From the IMG/VR virus record IMGVR_UViG_3300038551_000086, positions 1 through 61,286 of that record: a stretch of 61,286 nucleotides of DNA; one strand, given 5' to 3'. Numbering within the stretch: the stretch's first letter is position 1; every line of letters begins with the position of its first letter. Below the pieces are notes generated by a model. It did no database searches. It saw only the letters and a program-made list of their open reading frames with translations, and was not told the origin of the DNA. This document shows, one piece after another, positions 56,451 through 61,286 of this stretch. The DNA is from a virus. Taxonomy: Duplodnaviria > Caudoviricetes. Made by a program: the position numbers and the translations under genes.

Positions 56451-56479
56451 TTGACTTTGGTGTTGTTTTGGTTGATAAT
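56451..56479 (+). promoter_or_regulatory. Sigma70-type promoter upstream of replication genes
   Basis: TTGACT-17-GATAAT. Confidence 0.55.
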
Positions 56480-56668
56480 ATTTTGTATATTTGGGTGTTC
56501 TAAATGTTCAAAGAAAAGGTATTTATGATTCCAATTTTGAAAATAAGTGAGTTAAGCGAGTCCCCCGTGTATCGTGAGAGCCGGGCGGCCACCTACCTTT
56601 ACCTTTTCGCCGGGACAGGGCTCGCTTAGCCACTTTATACAAGGATGTTCTTTCTCAGAGGATTTGTT

Positions 56669-57520
56669 ATGAAATACCCGGAAAAGAACGGGCAAGCGGA
56701 ATCTGTTTCCGATTTCCAAGAAAATTATGAATCAGGAGCACGATACAGGCTTATATGGGATAGCGTTATTAATCACCCTTATATAGGCTTTAAGAAACCA
56801 TACGGAAAAGATACAGCTTGGCTTTGGATGATATTTGAGGCGAGAAGAAAACCACAAAAGGGAAAATTAATTGAAGGGAAAACCCCAATGAATGACAGAT
56901 GTATTGATATACCTTATGCTTCATTTGTCGCCTCCCGTAGTTTCCTTGCTAAAGCCTGGGGATGGTCTGAGCAGTCAGTTAGAACCTTTTTGGAGAAGCT
57001 AAAAAAACTAAACATGATTGAAACAAAAGTAATTCAAAATTTAACCATGATAACTATATGTAATTTCGAGGATTATCAAAACCCATCAACCAATCGTCAA
57101 CCAGACGCTAACCAATCGTCAACCAGAACACCAACAGGTAAACAGGATAATAAAACTACTTTCCCCGAAACTTCCTGGCAGTATCGTTTTGCAAAGCGGT
57201 TTTGGGAAAAGAAGCAAAACAACTACGGGCATTATAGCTACATCCAAAAAGCAAAAGAAGATAACTTCCAAACCTGGGCGGACGAACTTGATAAACTTAA
57301 TCGCATAGACGAGAAAGAGCAGGAAACAATCAGGCAGGTTTTGAAATTTGCAACGGAAGATGATTTTTGGGAAAAGAATTTATTAAGCCTTGCCGGAATA
57401 CGGAAACCGAACGATAGCGGCATACCAAAATTTGAAGTAATAGAAAGTAAGATGAAAAACTTTTCAAATAACGGAAAACACAAAGAAGAGGACACTATCG
57501 AATATGAATATTGGAATTAA
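56669..57520 (+). CDS. Replication initiator (replisome organiser, lambda O-like)
   Basis: AWLWMI..A, wHTH LAKAWGWSEQSVRTFLEKL, ITICNFEDYQ, internal iterons, C-terminal DDFWEKNLLS. Confidence 0.82.
   Translation: MKYPEKNGQAESVSDFQENYESGARYRLIWDSVINHPYIGFKKPYGKDTAWLWMIFEARRKPQKGKLIEGKTPMNDRCIDIPYASFVASRSFLAKAWGWSEQSVRTFLEKLKKLNMIETKVIQNLTMITICNFEDYQNPSTNRQPDANQSSTRTPTGKQDNKTTFPETSWQYRFAKRFWEKKQNNYGHYSYIQKAKEDNFQTWADELDKLNRIDEKEQETIRQVLKFATEDDFWEKNLLSLAGIRKPNDSGIPKFEVIESKMKNFSNNGKHKEEDTIEYEYWN
57086..57136 (+). repeat. Iterons, probable replication origin
   Basis: AACCAATCGTCAACCAGA at 57088 and 57110; AACCA at 11-bp period. Confidence 0.75.
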
Positions 57521-58796
57521 ACCGCAGGACGAGCTTGTTTATGCTCTTGCGCTTCATCCCGAAAAACATGCAAGCAAAATATTTGCGAAAATTAAGCCGG
57601 AAATGCTAACCGGGTACGCGCAGAAACTATTTATGCGATGCTATGAACTTCACAGCAAGGGAATGGATATTGATGCGGTAACGATAGGGGATAGTGAGCT
57701 TGTTATTTATTACGCTGATTTACACAATGCCGTTCCTCCCGTTGACTTGCGCCTTGATGATATTGTCAGGCGGGTATATCGAGAATATTACCGCAGCAAG
57801 GTTTTAAAATTGGGGGAATCGCTTATCGAATTAAGCAATGACAAACTTCTCGACGTTAAAGACTATTGGGAATTTATCGACAAGCAGCGTCTTGATTTCG
57901 AGACAACCAGCGAAGAAAGTTTTAAATCCCTTGCTGATATTATCGACCTTTATGGAAATCCGAAAAGCTATGAGGAAATGACTGTTTCCTGTTTGCATAC
58001 CGATTGGCCGGAATTTGACGAGAAGATAATTATCAAGCCGGGGGATATTATATTTCTGGCGGGGCGTCCTTCGATGGGTAAAACCGATTTCGCTTTACAG
58101 CTTGCAAAAAGAATGAGCAGACACCAACAACCTTGCGCGATTTTCAGCATCGAAACAGCCGGGCAGTATCTTAATAAGCGGCTGGCTGGCGGTTCCAGTT
58201 TGCAGGAATACTTAGACGGATGCGCGAAAAACGTAGATTTACCGATTTTTATTGACGATTCGCCTACTCAAAACGTATTCAGCGCGAAAAACAAGGTTGT
58301 GTATGCTATGAAAAATTATGGGATCAAACTGGCTATTTTTGATTATTTGAGTTTGATGGATGCGCCAAGAGCTGAAAACCGGAACCGGGAAATTGAAGAA
58401 CTTGCAAAGGGATTGAAACAGAACGCACGCGAAACCGGAATACCTCACCTTGTGGTTGCTCAATTAAGCCGGGCAGTAGAAACCCGGCACGATAAAAAGC
58501 CGATGCTGTCAGATTTAAGAGATTCGGGCGGGATTGAACAGGTTGCGGATATTGTTTTATTTGCTTACAGGCCGGGGTATTATCCGGGGCTGGAAGTCGA
58601 GAGCGTTGAAAAGGATGATTTGAAAAACTATCTTGAAATAATTTCCGCGAAACAGAGAGAAGGGGCAAGGGGCGCATTACGTTTTTATTACGATTTAGCA
58701 AACAAGAAAATTGAGCAATGGGCGGGAAATGGTTTTATGGAATATACAGAACCCGCACCGGCGGAGGGGATAGAACAGGAATCAGTACCATTTTAA
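57504..58796 (+). CDS. dnaB: DnaB-like replicative helicase
   Basis: GRPSMGKT, FSIE, IFDYLSL, AQLSRAVE, SDLRDSGGIEQVAD, AKQREG. Confidence 0.95.
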   Translation: MNIGIKPQDELVYALALHPEKHASKIFAKIKPEMLTGYAQKLFMRCYELHSKGMDIDAVTIGDSELVIYYADLHNAVPPVDLRLDDIVRRVYREYYRSKVLKLGESLIELSNDKLLDVKDYWEFIDKQRLDFETTSEESFKSLADIIDLYGNPKSYEEMTVSCLHTDWPEFDEKIIIKPGDIIFLAGRPSMGKTDFALQLAKRMSRHQQPCAIFSIETAGQYLNKRLAGGSSLQEYLDGCAKNVDLPIFIDDSPTQNVFSAKNKVVYAMKNYGIKLAIFDYLSLMDAPRAENRNREIEELAKGLKQNARETGIPHLVVAQLSRAVETRHDKKPMLSDLRDSGGIEQVADIVLFAYRPGYYPGLEVESVEKDDLKNYLEIISAKQREGARGALRFYYDLANKKIEQWAGNGFMEYTEPAPAEGIEQESVPF

Positions 58797-58813
58797 CCAA
58801 AAAGGAGAAAGTC

Positions 58814-59041
58814 ATGTATGATGATTACGATGTTATTTTAACAACTGAAAACGAGTTTATGTTTTATTGGGAAGCCGAAAAATATCATTGCCTTGTTGAG
58901 CGTAAAGCGACAAAAGAGGAAGCGAAATCTTATAAAAGCGAATGGGAATATTGGCAAAAAGAGAAGTGGGATGTTCCGGGGGGCGGGTATAATTCGAGCA
59001 ATGATTTTCGGGGTGACGTAGTTGAGGATGAGAAATATTAA
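58814..59041 (+). CDS. Hypothetical protein
   Basis: AAGGAG RBS in junction repeat. Confidence 0.6.
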   Translation: MYDDYDVILTTENEFMFYWEAEKYHCLVERKATKEEAKSYKSEWEYWQKEKWDVPGGGYNSSNDFRGDVVEDEKY

Positions 59042-59064
59042 CCGTTTTGAGAAAGGGGAAAGTC

Positions 59065-59274
59065 ATGTTTGAATTTGGTGATATTGTTGTAAATCATTAT
59101 GCAAGCGAATCAAACCCGCAGAGAAAAGGCGTATTTGTGCGCTATTGCAAGCGGGGCGGAATGAACTGTATCGAGCTTACAAACATGAAGGGTGAATTTT
59201 GGTACCCGGTCAATGATGAAAACGCCAAACTCGAAAAGACTGGAAGTATTTTAGACAACTGTTATGTGTTTTGA
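59065..59274 (+). CDS. Hypothetical protein
   Basis: FEFGDIV.NHYASESNP.R.G. Confidence 0.65.
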   Translation: MFEFGDIVVNHYASESNPQRKGVFVRYCKRGGMNCIELTNMKGEFWYPVNDENAKLEKTGSILDNCYVF

Positions 59275-59436
59275 AAAAGGGGAAATATGAAAATCGGTGA
59301 CTATACCATCAAGCGGCTGAAAAACGGCAATTTCCTGATTATGCACAAAGATGGTGAAGGAATGAAAATCGGGCGGGAAACACTAATTAAGTGGTTAGAA
59401 AAATTATGGAAGAAAGAATTTTGAAAAAGGGGAAAG

Positions 59437-59622
59437 ATGAAAGTAATTACCGACTATAATTGTAAATGTTGCAGCACAAATGAGCCTGTTTTAGTCAGGG
59501 ATGGCAAAAAATACCAGGTAAAATGTTTGAAATGCGGATACACCACAGCATCCCGTCCCAACCGCAAGTTAGCGGTAATGGAATGGGAAAGAGACAATGA
59601 GAAAGGCTATGTGATATTATGA
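59437..59622 (+). CDS. Lar-like (restriction alleviation) zinc finger
   Basis: CKCC...YQVKCLKCG.T......AVMEW. Confidence 0.6.
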   Translation: MKVITDYNCKCCSTNEPVLVRDGKKYQVKCLKCGYTTASRPNRKLAVMEWERDNEKGYVIL

Positions 59623-59942
59623 CACCCTACATTTTGCTAATAATCAGCGCAGCATTTCGGGCGCTGGTTCAAATAATCGTATTCAATCAGGCGCATCAAT
59701 CCTGGCTCCCGGAAATCGTTTTCACGTGGGATTTGCGCGAGGGAACGGTATTCGATGCCTATCATATTTACCAGGGGATTTGGGAAGTATTGGCAATGGT
59801 GGGATTTTATCTTTTAGGCGGGTTAGATTGGTGGATAATTGCGGGGGTGATTTTGATATATTGGCAATGCTTTAATTTGTTTTTTCACATTATTTTTCGG
59901 CTGCCGCAGTTCTGGCGGTGGCCGCTGCCGTTCAGTACATAA
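59619..59942 (+). CDS. Membrane protein
   Basis: Three hydrophobic segments, DAYH motif. Confidence 0.6.
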   Translation: MTPYILLIISAAFRALVQIIVFNQAHQSWLPEIVFTWDLREGTVFDAYHIYQGIWEVLAMVGFYLLGGLDWWIIAGVILIYWQCFNLFFHIIFRLPQFWRWPLPFST

Positions 59943-59973
59943 AAAAAGCCGCCGGGATTGCTCCGGGCGGCTG
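59941..59973 (-). terminator. Terminator between convergent middle and early operons
   Basis: AAAAAAAGCCGCC..GGATTGCTCC..GGCGGCT. Confidence 0.7.
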
Positions 59974-59987
59974 TGAATAAAATAATT

Positions 59988-60185
59988 TTAAGCGCGTTCT
60001 ACGATGATTTCCTCACCGTATTCCTTAACATATTTTGCCAATTTCTTTCTGTAATCGGCAAGATTTTTTGATTTAATTTCCCCGACCTTGCCAACGCCGG
60101 GAGCAAAGACTTCAAATTTCCCGGAGAAGTCTCCGTAAGATATTCCCTCGTAATTTTCACAACTTGCCCAAAATTTTTCCAACAT
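59988..60185 (-). CDS. Hypothetical early protein
   Basis: GAGGT RBS. Confidence 0.65.
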   Translation of the reverse strand: MLEKFWASCENYEGISYGDFSGKFEVFAPGVGKVGEIKSKNLADYRKKLAKYVKEYGEEIIVERA

Positions 60186-60274
60186 TTCACTACCTCGTTT
60201 TTAGATTTTTAGTTTACCACCCGCCTCCCGAACCGCAAGCAGAATCGAAAAGCGGGTTTTGGGGGAATTATTAT

Positions 60275-60487
60275 TCATTCTTCGGTGACAATACATTCAA
60301 CACCGTCAGAGAACAAATAAACCCCATCGGGAAGAATATACTTAGTCGAACCGTAGCGAACCGACGGCTTTTTTATTGCCGCTTTAACTTCTGGTTCATT
60401 CTGAAATTCTTGCGGTATTTCGACCGCCTCTAAGTCCGGGTGTTGATTCCCGAACCTTTGTGCTTTTTTCCACTCTTGAAAATTCAT
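60275..60487 (-). CDS. Hypothetical early protein
   Basis: GAGGT RBS. Confidence 0.65.
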   Translation of the reverse strand: MNFQEWKKAQRFGNQHPDLEAVEIPQEFQNEPEVKAAIKKPSVRYGSTKYILPDGVYLFSDGVECIVTEE

Positions 60488-60570
60488 TTCAACCTCACTT
60501 TTTTAGATTGAACAGAACGCCAGCGCCAGCGCCAGCCAAATTAAGCCCGTTAGCCGGGCGAGAAATAGTT

Positions 60571-60750
60571 TTATTTTACGCCTCCTCCTGAAAGAATTTG
60601 TTGAATTTTGGCGGCTACATTAAATTCCGCCATGTTTTTAATTTGCACACTTGCGCCGCGCAGCAAGAGCAGCGCAGCGAGCCGGGCGAATTGACGCAGA
60701 GCCTTATTCGGTTGCGCGTCAATGATTTGATTAATTGCAACAATGTTCAC
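60571..60750 (-). CDS. Hypothetical early protein (GTG start)
   Basis: GAGGT RBS before GTG. Confidence 0.5.
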   Translation of the reverse strand: MNIVAINQIIDAQPNKALRQFARLAALLLLRGASVQIKNMAEFNVAAKIQQILSGGGVK

Positions 60751-60766
60751 GGTTGCACCTCTTTTC

Positions 60767-60964
60767 TTATTGTTGCGATATTCTAATAATTTCACAGTTT
60801 TCGGTAGGAATATTTTCTTCTTCATTTTTGCGAAGATATTCCTCCGCCTCTTTTTGGGAAGAAAACTGTAAAACAGCTTCCATTGTAAAATTTTTTCCGT
60901 CGATAAAAAGAGGCATTCCATTTTTGTCAATATAGAAGTTATCGGTTAATCGAATTGCAAACAT
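60767..60964 (-). CDS. Hypothetical early protein
   Basis: AGGAG RBS. Confidence 0.6.
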   Translation of the reverse strand: MFAIRLTDNFYIDKNGMPLFIDGKNFTMEAVLQFSSQKEAEEYLRKNEEENIPTENCEIIRISQQ

Positions 60965-61046
60965 TTTAATTCTCCTGTTTACGTTTTAAGTCCCCCCCCG
61001 GAATTACGCCGACACCATGCCTGCAACCGGGCGGGGGTGATGGTGG

Positions 61047-61232
61047 TTATGATAAATTTAATCGCCAGGAATGTTTTTTAACTTTCCCGGTTTTGGTTAA
61101 ACGGCACCAGTATTTATCGGCTTCGGCTATACCGTAATCAAGATCAATTTTTATGTTTTTAAATTGATCTTCCGGCACATAGCCAAATTCAGCCTTGAAC
61201 GATTCGATAACTCGCTGCTTTATTTTATCCAC
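61047..61232 (-). CDS. Hypothetical early protein
   Basis: GGAGGT RBS in the 51-bp repeat. Confidence 0.65.
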   Translation of the reverse strand: MDKIKQRVIESFKAEFGYVPEDQFKNIKIDLDYGIAEADKYWCRLTKTGKVKKHSWRLNLS

Positions 61233-61286
61233 TTCACTACCTCCAAATTTTGTGATTAAAAGCGGGGGATTGCTCCCCCTGGTTAT

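Larger units (their letters stand above)
1..61286. mobile_element. Complete circular tailed bacteriophage genome, podovirus-like, probably temperate
   Basis: Full packaging, head, tail, replication and immunity gene set; 127-bp end overlap; no host housekeeping genes; no tape measure or sheath. Confidence 0.93.

Noticed and set aside
61160-61286. 127-bp terminal repeat as a biological direct terminal repeat
   Set aside because: Length equals a common assembler k-mer and it cuts through a gene; best read as circular overlap

Overview
The window is an apparently complete ~61.16-kb circular tailed-phage genome. Bases 1-127 are repeated exactly at 61160-61286, most likely an assembly overlap. 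The layout is podovirus-like: TerS, TerL, portal, scaffold, major capsid, two adaptors, nozzle and three ejection-type proteins, with no tape measure. It is probably temperate (CI/Cro-like switch, tyrosine recombinase, O-like initiator with iterons, DnaB, Mgm101-like annealing protein, RusA). The most unusual feature is a set of virion-type proteins (fibre repeats, DUF7483-like repeats, LamG plus Ig, a common phage structural family) that carry Sec signal peptides ending A|Q and are enriched in D-(S/T)-(A/I/L/V/M/T), the Bacteroidota periplasmic O-glycosylation sequon. The phage also encodes an amidotransferase-GT2-sulfotransferase cassette and an outer-membrane beta-barrel, and I see no endolysin. 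My hypothesis is that appendage proteins are exported, glycosylated in the periplasm of an FCB-type host and added to the particle or cell surface outside the cytoplasm. Other notable items are junction-repeat gene arrays, an iteron-like array next to a membrane-anchored HTH gene, a likely attenuator before the head genes and several candidate structured RNAs. All family calls are by motif recognition and all counts are by hand; no searches were run.
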